The translations under genes and the position numbers were made by a program. Below are positions 45,661 through 56,077 of a stretch of DNA of 64,000 bases, piece after piece (the stretch's first letter is position 1; every line of letters begins with the position of its first letter). Location: IMG/VR virus record IMGVR_UViG_3300037258_000147, positions 32,001 to 96,000 of that record. One strand, 5' to 3'. Under the pieces are notes generated by a model. The model saw nothing but the letters and a program-made list of their open reading frames with translations. It ran no database searches and was not told the origin of the DNA. Source of the stretch: a virus.

Positions 45661-47849
45661 TGGACAAAGTGTGGTTGGACTACGAAAGCCGAAGTACGGT
45701 TTCTCTAGAAGAAAAAGGATTGGATAATTACGTCAAGGGGCCTACTCAGGTCCTGCTTGCGGCCTACGCCTTTAATGACTTGGCTCCTAAGCTGTGGCAA
45801 CCACACCTTAGCCCAGAGATGCCTAAGGACCTGAAAGACGCCCTACTCGACCCCTTCATGCAAGTCTGGAGTTGGAACACGAGTTTCGAACGACAGGTAA
45901 CCAAGCACGTTTTAGGCATTGACAAGCCGATTGAAGAATGGCGGGACCCGATGTGCAATGCTCGGTATCTGGGACTTCCTGGATATCTGGAAGACGCCGG
46001 AAAAATCCTCGGGCTCAAAGACTCCCAAGCCAAAATCAAAGATGGTAGCCGACTAATAAAGTTGTTTTGCGAGCCTGTTGATTCGGGTGGCCGAGAAACT
46101 CTGTTTGGAATCTCAGAGCCGACATTCAATAGCTGGCACACCCACCCAAAGGATTGGGAATTGTTCTGTAAGTATTGCAAACAAGATGTGGTTGCGGAAA
46201 GAGTGCTTGCCCAAAAAATGTCGAAGTTTCCTCTTCCTCAGGAGGAACTAGAGACTTGGTTCTTGGATCAGCATATTAATGCACGGGGATGGCCGGTAGA
46301 TTTACCCACGGTCGAAGGTGCTCGGAAAATTGTCGAATTAGAATTGAAACCCTTAGTAGCCCGTCTGAAAGAACTAAGTGGATTGGACAATGTAAATTCT
46401 AGAAACCAAATCCTGGAATGGGTTTCGGAGCGCGGATACGTCTTCTCAAGTCTTGGTAAAGATTTTGTTGCGCGCGCGCTTGCTGGGGAATGTAATCTAA
46501 CCCCAGAGTGCCGAGAGGTTCTCGAAATCCGAGGACAAACCGCAAAATCTAGTGTGTCTAAGTACACAGCTTTAGCCGATATGACCTCCTCAGACGCTAG
46601 GATACGTCACCAGTACACCTATTACGGGGCACATACAGGCCGATGGGCCGCGCACGGCGTAAACATGGGTAATTTGTTTAAGCCGACAAAAGAAGTTGAA
46701 AATAAACTGGGCTTGGCCGTTAATCTTGTCCGAAAAATGGACTTTGAGGCAATACGAAAAGAATTTAGCAAGCCTATGGAAGTCGCTGCTTCGGTCCAGC
46801 GGTCGGCCTTTCGAGCCCCTGAGGGTTTTAAATTCGTGTGGGCGGACCTCGCGGGCATCGAAAACCGGGGGCTAATGTATCTCTCTCATTGCGAGGCCCT
46901 AAAGAAGGTCTACGAAGGAAAATTTACCTACTACGGACCCGACTGTCCAGAAAAAGAAATATTAAACGGACAAGAGTTCGCGCTAGACCCGTACCTAATG
47001 TTTGCTGTTCGCATGTTTAATATGAGCTACCGCGATTTATGGATAGAGTGGAAAATCAAGGGGGACAAGACCAAGAGAGATTTGTGCAAAGCTCCTGTAC
47101 TGGGCGGAGGATACGCTCTCGGAGCCGGAGAAGAAGAGATAGATAAAAAAACTGGACTACCATACTGGACCGGTTTGATGGGCTACGGAAGAAAAATGGG
47201 AATCGAAATCCCCCACGACTTAGCCGAGCAATCTATCAAGGTTCTCCGCGAAGAATGGAACGAAGTTGTCTGGCTCTGGAAAGACATGGAAAAAGCCTTC
47301 GCATTTGCTGTCCGGCATCCTGGTCATTTAACCGGGGTTGGGTTGCCTCATACCAAGCGAGAGGAGGAATATTTCGAGGAAAAGGGCCGGAAAATTTATG
47401 AGCCGATAATCTCGTTTCTGTGTCATGGTGCCAAAATCCTTGAAATGATTCTGCCGTCTGGACGGTCTTTATTTTACTTTGACCCCCGAGTAGCGTTTGA
47501 AGAAAAAGAATGGAAGGGAAGAAAATACCAGCAAGACACGCTGTACTACAAATCCAAGGACCCGAAGACCAAACAATGGGTGGAAATGGATACGTTTGGG
47601 GGCCACTTGGTTGAAAATGGGGATCAGGCTATATGCCGAGATGTGCTGGTCCATGGGATGAAAAAAGCGGATAAAATGGGATTTGAAATATGCGGGTCTA
47701 CATATGACGAGGTGATTACCTTAGTTCCTTTAAACAGTCCTCTTGGGGTAAAAGAACTTTGCGAGTGCCTTACCGACCCGCCTCTGTTTTGTGGACTAGA
47801 TTTGCCGTTAGCCGCCGAAGGAATTGAGGATTTCATCTACCATAAATAA
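45660..47849 (+). CDS. DNA polymerase, family A
   Basis: Exonuclease DYE and YCKQDV; HTGRW; motif A DLAGIE; motif B R..K...LG.GY; motif C TYDE. Confidence 0.9.
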   Translation: MDKVWLDYESRSTVSLEEKGLDNYVKGPTQVLLAAYAFNDLAPKLWQPHLSPEMPKDLKDALLDPFMQVWSWNTSFERQVTKHVLGIDKPIEEWRDPMCNARYLGLPGYLEDAGKILGLKDSQAKIKDGSRLIKLFCEPVDSGGRETLFGISEPTFNSWHTHPKDWELFCKYCKQDVVAERVLAQKMSKFPLPQEELETWFLDQHINARGWPVDLPTVEGARKIVELELKPLVARLKELSGLDNVNSRNQILEWVSERGYVFSSLGKDFVARALAGECNLTPECREVLEIRGQTAKSSVSKYTALADMTSSDARIRHQYTYYGAHTGRWAAHGVNMGNLFKPTKEVENKLGLAVNLVRKMDFEAIRKEFSKPMEVAASVQRSAFRAPEGFKFVWADLAGIENRGLMYLSHCEALKKVYEGKFTYYGPDCPEKEILNGQEFALDPYLMFAVRMFNMSYRDLWIEWKIKGDKTKRDLCKAPVLGGGYALGAGEEEIDKKTGLPYWTGLMGYGRKMGIEIPHDLAEQSIKVLREEWNEVVWLWKDMEKAFAFAVRHPGHLTGVGLPHTKREEEYFEEKGRKIYEPIISFLCHGAKILEMILPSGRSLFYFDPRVAFEEKEWKGRKYQQDTLYYKSKDPKTKQWVEMDTFGGHLVENGDQAICRDVLVHGMKKADKMGFEICGSTYDEVITLVPLNSPLGVKELCECLTDPPLFCGLDLPLAAEGIEDFIYHK

Positions 47850-47907
47850 TCCAGATCGCGGATTGACAACTCGAAACATGTGGTATAATGCGAACAAAGG
47901 AGAAAAA

Positions 47908-48870
47908 GTGGAACATATCCCTTTCCCCGAAATTCATCAATTTCGGAACACGATTAGAACTGTGCGAGAACGAGCAGAATGCGACGGAGTTCCTCTTCCA
48001 ATCATTACTTTTGTGGGATCGGTGAAATTGCACGGAACTAACGCTTCGATTGTGTTTCCCGAATCGGGAGGGTACTATTGTCAGTCTCGCTCTCACGTAA
48101 TCACACCAGGACAAGACAACGCTGGATTTGCTCGTTGGGTCGAAAACAACAAAGAATTGTTCGAGCGTCTAGAGAAGTCCGGAGTGATTCTATATGGAGA
48201 GTGGTGCGGGCAAGGAATTCAAAAGGGCGTGGCCATATCACATATGCCGAAGAAATTCATCGTGTTTTCTGTCCGAAAACTGGACAATTTGTCTTGGTTT
48301 TCCAAACTGGGGGTCTGCGTCCTGCTGGAAGGGTTACTTTGTATCTATGATTATCCAAATTGGACCTTGGATATTGACTTTTCTCGTTCCGAGGACTCTC
48401 AGAATCGCTTGGTAGAATTGACCACTGCTGTCGAAACCGAGTGCCCTGTAGGAAAGGCTTTCGGGGTTTCTGGAGTAGGAGAAGGCGTAGTTTGGTGGCC
48501 TGAATCTCATCCGACATTCAACACCGAGGGGTTGGCCTTCAAGGTAAAGGGAGAAAAACATTCCGAATCCAAAGTAAAGAGTCTAGCTTCCGTGGATGTG
48601 GAAAAATTGGAAACCGTCAAGGAATTGGTAAACACAATCATAACCGATCACCGTTTGGAAAAGAAACTAGATTCTCTCCAAGAGCGAGGCATTTCTTTTG
48701 ACATCAAAAATACTGGGCAGTTTCTAAAGCTGATAGGGGCCGACGTTTGGAAGGAAGAATCTGACACCATTCTGGCCTCTGGATTCAAAGAAAGCGAGAT
48801 CATGGGAGCCGTCCAGAAACGGGCGAAACAGTGGTGGATGGAGCAACTAGCGAATGTGGCCGTGGTCTAA
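47908..48870 (+). CDS. RNA ligase (Rnl2-like)
   Basis: KLHGTN, YGEWCG.GIQ, GEGVVW, FKVK; GTG start after AAGGAG. Confidence 0.82.
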   Translation: MEHIPFPEIHQFRNTIRTVRERAECDGVPLPIITFVGSVKLHGTNASIVFPESGGYYCQSRSHVITPGQDNAGFARWVENNKELFERLEKSGVILYGEWCGQGIQKGVAISHMPKKFIVFSVRKLDNLSWFSKLGVCVLLEGLLCIYDYPNWTLDIDFSRSEDSQNRLVELTTAVETECPVGKAFGVSGVGEGVVWWPESHPTFNTEGLAFKVKGEKHSESKVKSLASVDVEKLETVKELVNTIITDHRLEKKLDSLQERGISFDIKNTGQFLKLIGADVWKEESDTILASGFKESEIMGAVQKRAKQWWMEQLANVAVV

Positions 48871-49049
48871 AATCCAGAAACTCGAAAAAGATATCGAGGT
48901 ACTATGCCAGACTCAGAATAATCTGGTGGATTATATCGACCGGTTAACCGGAATTCGGCATGTTGTTATGGGCCGAACTTTGTACAAGATATCTCATGGC
49001 GGCTTGTTTGAAGTCAAATTTAAACACAAGTTCAGAATTAGGAGCGAAC

Positions 49050-49304
49050 ATGGCGGCGAAGAAACTGAAAATTCGAGTATTGGCTAGACACATCGAACAC
49101 GGGAAAAGAGGCAGCGAAAGTTGCCCCATTGCGTTAGCCTTACGGGAAAACGGGTTTAAAAGAGCTTGGGTATCTTCCGACTCTTGGTCCAAAACGAGCA
49201 ACGGTCAGGAACGATCTTTACCCAAAGAAGCGCACAAGTTTATCAACGGATATGACTCTGGCAAGAAGGTCTTGCCCTTCACCTTCGAAATTGACCCCAA
49301 TTAG
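49050..49304 (+). CDS. Small paralog family member 3
   Basis: CPIALAL...YDSGKKVLPFTFEI. Confidence 0.72.
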   Translation: MAAKKLKIRVLARHIEHGKRGSESCPIALALRENGFKRAWVSSDSWSKTSNGQERSLPKEAHKFINGYDSGKKVLPFTFEIDPN

Positions 49305-49312
49305 GAGAAAAA

Positions 49313-49696
49313 ATGGACTATACAATGAACCGGCTGGCGAATTGCACAAACCGGTACCAAGGAAAGTATAAGCGGGTTTTGTGCGTGTGCTCCGCCGGGC
49401 TTTTGCGGTCGCCTACTATGGCTTGGGTCTTGTCTCAAGAACCATACAACTTTAATACTAGGGCCGCTGGATTATCCAAAGAATTCGCCCTGATTCCAGT
49501 AGATCAAGTCCTGTTGACGTGGGCAGATGAAATCGTGTGTGCGTCTCCGGACCAAGCAGAAAAAATCCGGGAAATGATGGAGGAGGACCGGCCTATTGTG
49601 GTTTTGAATATCGAAGACAACTACCGGTATCGGGACCCGAATTTGGTAGAGGCTATCAAAGCGGCGTACCCAGACCCTAACGAATTGTCCAGTTAA
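49313..49696 (+). CDS. Low-molecular-weight protein tyrosine phosphatase-like
   Basis: VLCVCSAGLLRSPT P-loop; WAD; IEDNY.Y.DP.L. Confidence 0.82.
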   Translation: MDYTMNRLANCTNRYQGKYKRVLCVCSAGLLRSPTMAWVLSQEPYNFNTRAAGLSKEFALIPVDQVLLTWADEIVCASPDQAEKIREMMEEDRPIVVLNIEDNYRYRDPNLVEAIKAAYPDPNELSS

Positions 49697-49711
49697 TGGA
49701 CCAGGAGGAGC

Positions 49712-50417
49712 ATGTCAGACCCCAGAGAAGTAGCCGCCGAAATTATCGACTTGATTTTCCACCAACCGCACGTTGACGCAGACACCCCGCTTGAAGAAGT
49801 CCATTTATTGGAATCAGTAGCCGATATTTTGGAAGAAGCGTTTGGGGAAGTAGAATCCGATCTTAACGAGGCTTTAGCAGACGAACGGGTGACAGAACTC
49901 GAACGTGAGACAGACCTTCTGCGGGACGATGCAGATAAATTAAGGGAAGAACTTGAGGAAGCAAACAGAAAGCTGGAAATCTTGGTATGACTAAAAACGA
50001 ATATAGAATTTACGGAGCCGTCTGTACCATATTCTGCCTGATATTTGCTTGTTTTTCAGACACTAGTGACGTGGCTGCCGGGGTGTCTATAGCAATTGGA
50101 ATTCTTGGAATCTTGTCATGGGGGCGGTACATGTGGCTGGATTATACGGACAACGAACCGCCGGGACCTTTGGGGATGGCATGACAGACTCAGAACTTAT
50201 TTTAAAACAGCAGAAAACCATAGACAAGCTCGAACGTAAACTAGCTCGGTTGGAAAAACGTTTGATGGCTAAACAGAAATACGAAACCGCGCTACTGATT
50301 AATACCGGGGCTACTCCGAGATATGTAGCAGAAATTCATGAGAAGGATCGGGTTGCTTTGTCCGATGAGGAGAGAGAAAAATGTCTGGATTTAAAGCGAA
50401 AACTATCAAAACGATAA
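49712..50417 (+). CDS. Three small hypothetical genes (49712-49990, 49987-50184, 50181-50417)
   Basis: ATGA-coupled ORFs. Confidence 0.6.
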
Positions 50418-51322
50418 TTTCTAAAAAGATTAACAAGTGGATCGAAACTATTGAGGACGAATCTCTGCGCGAAAAGGTGCGAGAGAACGTCATCGTAACA
50501 GGAGGTAGCATTGTTTCCATGCTTCTCGGAGAGCCGGTCAATGATTTCGATGTGTATTTCCGAGATCACGATACTACCTCGGCTATAGCAAATTACTACG
50601 TGGACCGCTTCCCCGATAAGAAAGGTAATACCGATTTTAAATTGGTGGTGACCGACGACGGAGAAAGAGTCAAGGTTCACGCGAAGTCCGCAGGAGTTGT
50701 CAGCGAAACTACTCCCGCAGGGGAGTACAGATATTTTGAGGGATTCCCCGACTCGCAGGGGTCCGATTATGTTGCCAAAGTCTTGGATAACCCCGAGGAA
50801 ATCGAAGACACGCATGAAGACACGCAAATCGAGGTCTCCAAAAACCCCCTGGAGGGGAAATTTCGACCTGTCTTTTTGAGCAGCAACGCCATTACTCTAA
50901 GCGATAAAATTCAAATCGTTTTGAGATTCTACGGAGAACCGGACAAGATTCACGAGAATTACGATTTTGTCCACTGTACGTCTTATTGGCAAAGTTGGGA
51001 TGGGAAATTGGTCTTGCGCCCAGAGGCTCTGGAAAGTTGCTTGTCCAAAGAACTAAAGTACGTGGGAAGCAAGTATCCTATCTGCTCGGTAGTCCGACTG
51101 CGAAAATTTATTTCTCGCGGATGGAGAATAAACGCGGGACAGATTCTGAAAATGTGCTTGCAAATCAGCGAACTAGACCTTACTGATGTGTCTGTTTTGG
51201 AAGATCAATTGACTGGGGTGGATACAGCGTATTTCTTACAGGTAATAGACCGACTTAAGGAAAAGGACCCGGAGAAAGTCAATACTGCGTATTTGGTTGA
51301 AATTTTAGATCGGATGTTTTAA
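50381..51322 (+). CDS. Pol beta-superfamily nucleotidyltransferase
   Basis: VTGGSIVS....PVNDFDVYF; NAITLS..IQIV; YDFVH. Confidence 0.75.
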   Translation: MSGFKAKTIKTIISKKINKWIETIEDESLREKVRENVIVTGGSIVSMLLGEPVNDFDVYFRDHDTTSAIANYYVDRFPDKKGNTDFKLVVTDDGERVKVHAKSAGVVSETTPAGEYRYFEGFPDSQGSDYVAKVLDNPEEIEDTHEDTQIEVSKNPLEGKFRPVFLSSNAITLSDKIQIVLRFYGEPDKIHENYDFVHCTSYWQSWDGKLVLRPEALESCLSKELKYVGSKYPICSVVRLRKFISRGWRINAGQILKMCLQISELDLTDVSVLEDQLTGVDTAYFLQVIDRLKEKDPEKVNTAYLVEILDRMF

Positions 51323-51503
51323 GGAGGTATATGAACATAATCGAAGCCGCAAAATTGTTGAAGAAAGGCGAACTCCTGATGCGTGAATTGGGGTTCGTTG
51401 CTACGATTGGCTGGGATGGAATGCTCGTAAACGTAGAATCCGGCGAAGAGCCTTTCGGGTTCTTCATAGAGGAACTTTTGTCCGAAAAATGGACGGTGGT
51501 TCA

Positions 51504-52436
51504 ATGAGTAACCTCGCCCTAGAACTCCGGCCTCAAAAACTCGAAGACGTGTTGGGAAATGAAAACACCAAAAAAGCCATCAAGTCTTTCATAGAGAAAG
51601 ATAATCTCCCGAACGTGTTTCTGTTTTCGGGACCTCCTGGTACTGGAAAAACTACGTTAGCCGAGATTGTTGCTAAATCCACGGGAGGAGATGAGTCCTC
51701 GATTCATAAGATTAACGGGTCCGTCCGAAACAAGGTAGAAGACGCCAGAGAAATTTCGGAGATGGCTAATAGTAGTCCATTAAATGGACGACGACGTGTG
51801 TTCATTATCGACGAATTTCATCGATGGACTGACAGCGCACAGGACGCCATTAAAGACACCATGGAAAAAACTCCGTGTTTGTGGCTTCTGACTACGGACC
51901 AGCCCGAAAAAATTTCTTCTGCCGTCTTGTCTAGAGCTTCTGCGGCTACTTTTAAGCTGAAATCTCTGAATCGTGGAGAAATCTCCAAATTGATTCTATC
52001 AGCCGCCCCCAGTCTCGCCTCTGGTACTGGAGTTGGAATAGGAGACTTTCTGGACAGCAAGGGCGTGACCTCTCCCCGAGAAATCCTAGGCGTCCTAGAC
52101 CAGGTGCTTGCTGGGGTGCCTATTGAAGAGGCTATCCATGGGGCCGAACACGAGCCTTTATACAAAGACATTGGCGGGGCTGTATTAAGAGGCGATTGGG
52201 CTAAGACCTCCTCTCTCTTATCTCAAGTAAAAACTGCTGATTCCCGTGGCATGATTTCGGTAGTGTCCGCGTTTTTACGATCTGAGATTTTAAAAAATCC
52301 TATTGGGGGAAGAGCAGATGCTCTAGCTACGTGCTTAGTTGGGGTTGATTCTTTAGGATTTGCGGATGGTACGGCTTATGGGGCTGTTACTGGACTTTTG
52401 TATAAAACATGCAAGGCTCTTGGAGGGGCGAAATGA
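51504..52436 (+). CDS. Clamp-loader AAA+ ATPase (DnaX gamma/tau-like)
   Basis: LRPQKLEDVLG; GPPGTGKTT; IIDEFH; SR. Confidence 0.85.
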   Translation: MSNLALELRPQKLEDVLGNENTKKAIKSFIEKDNLPNVFLFSGPPGTGKTTLAEIVAKSTGGDESSIHKINGSVRNKVEDAREISEMANSSPLNGRRRVFIIDEFHRWTDSAQDAIKDTMEKTPCLWLLTTDQPEKISSAVLSRASAATFKLKSLNRGEISKLILSAAPSLASGTGVGIGDFLDSKGVTSPREILGVLDQVLAGVPIEEAIHGAEHEPLYKDIGGAVLRGDWAKTSSLLSQVKTADSRGMISVVSAFLRSEILKNPIGGRADALATCLVGVDSLGFADGTAYGAVTGLLYKTCKALGGAK

Positions 52437-52986
52437 GTAATTTCGTAGAAGTAGAACAAGCCGACTATAAGGCTTTTGTAAACGCAGACCACGTAGCCCT
52501 GATTACTCCGACCAAATTAATCGGAGAAACTGGACTGATTTTGATTAACGGAGTTAGCCTGCAAATTAAAGGCACGATGCACGAATTCCTGGAAAAATCC
52601 AAAGGAAATACGGGCCGATTCTTGGAATTGTGATATAATGAGTTTGATGCTGGACATTAGTTACTGGTCGCAGCAGGGACGGCGTACCGTGCTTAGAGGC
52701 ACAACCCGGGAATCCGGATCAGGAGGTACGCCGCTATTTTGTCCATAAAATGGACTAGGAGAAAAATGCTGATTTTAATCGTACTCTCCAGTATTTTCTG
52801 GGTTGTCTCCGGAATCTGGGGATTTATCTATTGGTGGACGCCCGAATATGATCTTAGGCTGAAAGACCTCGAATTGTTTTTGGTATCCGGCCTCCTCGGA
52901 CCATTTTCTTGGTGGGCTGGATATGATATTCACGGAAAACATAAACACGAACCCGCAGTATTAATTAAAAAAGAGAGTGAAGTAAA

Positions 52987-54285
52987 ATGAAATTTACTGA
53001 AGAAGAACTGAAAGCGTTTCGCGCAGAATATGCTAAGGGCGCTACAGACAGCCAGTTTTCGTTGTTCATTGCTGAGTGCGAGGCTAGGAATCTACGACCT
53101 GGACCTCATCTCGTATTTCAATTGAGAAACGCCAAGGAATGGGATGCTACTGTCGGAGCCAAGGTTTTTGTAAAGAAACCTTATTGGATTACTACCGTGT
53201 CGGCCCTGCGGCTAATTGCCCAAAGAACTGGCGAATACCTCGGGCAGGGTCCGGGGGAGTTTATTTATCTGGACAAGGACGGGAATCCGTCGGTCACCTC
53301 AGAAATTCCTCTGCCCGACCCAGAAGACAAACGGTATCCCAGAGTTCCGTGGGTAGTCCGGACCAAGGTTTACCGTAAAGGTTTTGCCGAACCAATGATT
53401 GGATTGGCTAGATTCGACGCCTATGCCGGTACCATGACCGTAAACAACGAAACCGTGTTGACTGACATGTGGTCTAAGCGTGGACCAGAGCAACTGCAAA
53501 AATGTTCGGAGGCGCTTGCCCTGCGCAAAGCCTTTAGCGAGGAATTAGGATCGCTTTATCTGGCCGAGGAAATTAAAGACGAGGAGACTAATCTGACTCC
53601 CTCCGAAGTAACCCCGGCTAGTTCAATTCCTCTCCCTCCCCCAGCGCCAGCAGTCAACCAAGTTCCCGCAGTTGGTACCGAAACCCCAAGACCGAACGAA
53701 CCCGTAAAAGTCGAATATCACACTGATAAAGTTCCGGCGACTTTGCCCGAACATAGTGGAACTAGTTTGGTTGTTGCGGCGGACTCGGCAGCGACTCAAA
53801 TTCCGGCGGTTTCCGAGTCAAAACCAAGTTCGACAAAAGAGAAAAAGAAACCAGGGCGCAAGCCGAAAGATAAAGAAAGTCCGGAAAATGGACAAGACCC
53901 CGCGCTTATGGTAACTGACGCGGATTTTGAGCCGAGTACTTCCCCGGCACCGGTTTTTGATTCGTCTGCTAACCAGAAAGAGGCTAAGGAATTCGTAGAA
54001 GCAGTATCGTCATTTACTGCGGACGATGCTGTCTCCCGAGGCTTACCAGTTCCAGAAGACCCGTTACCCGATGAAATTCAGAAAAAGGATTTCGCTAATC
54101 GAGCAAGACAGTATGCTAAGGAGGCTGGAGTTGACAGTTCAATTCTAGGGGCGTATGCTCTTAAGTTGTCCGACAAAACTTCTTCGAAATACATGACTGT
54201 TGGGAATTGGAATCTAGTGTTTTCCAACCTCGAAAAGTCCAAGACCGAAGGAAATCTCAAGGAACTTCTGAAAGGCGGCGCATGA
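52987..54285 (+). CDS. RecT/Bet-family single-strand annealing protein
   Basis: F...C....L.P; R.IAQRTGEY.G; W.KRG..QL.KCSEALALRKAF. Confidence 0.85.
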   Translation: MKFTEEELKAFRAEYAKGATDSQFSLFIAECEARNLRPGPHLVFQLRNAKEWDATVGAKVFVKKPYWITTVSALRLIAQRTGEYLGQGPGEFIYLDKDGNPSVTSEIPLPDPEDKRYPRVPWVVRTKVYRKGFAEPMIGLARFDAYAGTMTVNNETVLTDMWSKRGPEQLQKCSEALALRKAFSEELGSLYLAEEIKDEETNLTPSEVTPASSIPLPPPAPAVNQVPAVGTETPRPNEPVKVEYHTDKVPATLPEHSGTSLVVAADSAATQIPAVSESKPSSTKEKKKPGRKPKDKESPENGQDPALMVTDADFEPSTSPAPVFDSSANQKEAKEFVEAVSSFTADDAVSRGLPVPEDPLPDEIQKKDFANRARQYAKEAGVDSSILGAYALKLSDKTSSKYMTVGNWNLVFSNLEKSKTEGNLKELLKGGA

Positions 54286-54502
54286 ACCACTTTGAAGTCT
54301 ATCTGAAATCTACCAGCACTCCGGTTCCGGTAGAAGCCGAAAACTACTTTTGTGAAAAAGACAGCCAGACAGTGTTCTATACCGGCGGTGACGAAGTAGC
54401 CCGATTTGGATCGGAAAATGTACGAAATATCGAGAGGCTAGTTCCTCTTGTCTACCCGAAAACTTAAATTTAATTTGTCCATAAAATGGACGGGAGAATT
54501 GA

Positions 54503-55063
54503 ATGCCAATTTACTATGTAAAATCAGCCACTTATTCCGGCGACCAAGGTCCTCAGTCCCGGGTCATTGCAATCGAAGCGGATTATTACGTTACCTCAGA
54601 ACACGGTGACTACGAATTTATCAAGCGTGGCGTAGGTTCTCAAGACAACCGAACCGTGGCCACAGTCCAAGGTCGAGATGTATTTGCGGTATTTGAAGAA
54701 GGCGCGCGTCGAAGCGAGTTTTTGGAAGACCTTGCTGTAGAAGACGTTGAAGACTCCGACGACGTTTGTCTAGATTGTAGATTTTCAGAACTTCTAGAGT
54801 CCGAGGAGTTCTTTGATGCGGTTTGCAAAGCATATGACGTTATCCAACAAGCCGACGCAGAGTCCGAGGAGCTTCCTACTATCCACAAGCGTAAGTATCG
54901 GGGCGACGAATATTGGGGCTTTCTAAACGACGACGGGAATTTTGTCCCTTTTTTCAGCAGGTTGGACGCCGAAGACGGGTGGAAAGTCCGTCCGGAGTTA
55001 AAGACCCGTTGGTCTACCCTTCCCATCCACGAAACCGAACTTGTTAAGGAGACCGTCCAGTGA
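54503..55063 (+). CDS. Hypothetical acidic protein
   Basis: 186 aa, GGAG RBS. Confidence 0.7.
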   Translation: MPIYYVKSATYSGDQGPQSRVIAIEADYYVTSEHGDYEFIKRGVGSQDNRTVATVQGRDVFAVFEEGARRSEFLEDLAVEDVEDSDDVCLDCRFSELLESEEFFDAVCKAYDVIQQADAESEELPTIHKRKYRGDEYWGFLNDDGNFVPFFSRLDAEDGWKVRPELKTRWSTLPIHETELVKETVQ

Positions 55064-55503
55064 GCGGATATTGCAATGTGACAGTAGTAGGGGGTCTGGG
55101 CAAGGACCCTGAGGTCCGGGCCACGCCCAACGGTAAAAAAGTAGCTAATTTTTCAGTAGCTGTGGACCAAGGATTTGGAGACAATAAGAAAACCGAATGG
55201 GTTAACGTAGTAGTTTTTGACAAACTCGCTGAACTTGCTGAGAAGTATCTCAAAAAGGGTAAGCAAGTAGCCTTGTCCGGGACCCTCCGAACCACTTCCT
55301 GGGACGACAAGCAATCTGGACAGAAGCGGTACAAAACCGAGGTTGTGGCCAGGGACTTGACTTTTATGGACACTCGTTCCGGCTCGACTGAAAACCGGGC
55401 GTCAGCCGCGCCTCCAGCCCGCCAACAAACCGCTCCCCCGGTCAGGGGTGCCCAAGACCCGTTCGCGGATACAGAAATCTCGGATGACGATATACCCTTT
55501 TAG
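55060..55503 (+). CDS. ssb: Single-stranded DNA-binding protein
   Basis: OB fold GKDPEVR...TEW; C-terminal DDDIPF. Confidence 0.95.
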   Translation: MSGYCNVTVVGGLGKDPEVRATPNGKKVANFSVAVDQGFGDNKKTEWVNVVVFDKLAELAEKYLKKGKQVALSGTLRTTSWDDKQSGQKRYKTEVVARDLTFMDTRSGSTENRASAAPPARQQTAPPVRGAQDPFADTEISDDDIPF

Positions 55504-55505
55504 CC

Positions 55506-55751
55506 ATGAAAATCCAAGTTATTGAAAAACATATTACCGACGGCAAGCGGGGGTCGTGTACGCACGATCCTGTTGCCTTGTCCCTATTAGATGCCGGATT
55601 CCAAAAACCCTGGGTCAGCCCCGGATACCTTGCCTGGAGGTTTGAAAACAAAGATTACTTTCAGGCTATACCAGAAAACGTGCTAGAATTTATGAAACAA
55701 TTTGATAACGGGCAGTTGGTATACCCGTTCGATTTTGAGGTGGATGGATGA
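55506..55751 (+). CDS. Small paralog family member 4
   Basis: DPVALSL...QFDNGQLVYPFDFEV. Confidence 0.72.
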   Translation: MKIQVIEKHITDGKRGSCTHDPVALSLLDAGFQKPWVSPGYLAWRFENKDYFQAIPENVLEFMKQFDNGQLVYPFDFEVDG

Positions 55752-56077
55752 AACTTCTATGTAAAATATTCGGGTGCTGCCTGGAAGAAAACGGTCCTGC
55801 GTGCCGCCGATGCGGTGTTTGGCTATACGATTGGAGATTCGTTGACCGAGAAATGTCGTGGCTAGGTCCTTGGTATTCTACTACTTGGTGGGTTTCTTGC
55901 AATCGAAATTGGATTTCTCACGCTTGCGGAAACACAGACTGCGGGAAGAGATTATTTTTCACTTCAAAAGCGTGTTGCTCAGATAAATGTTATGATAGTT
56001 GGATACCATTCTGATTAGCCGATCCCAATAACCACAGCTGTGGCTGAAATTCAAGAAGAATTGGTTAAAAAATCCAC

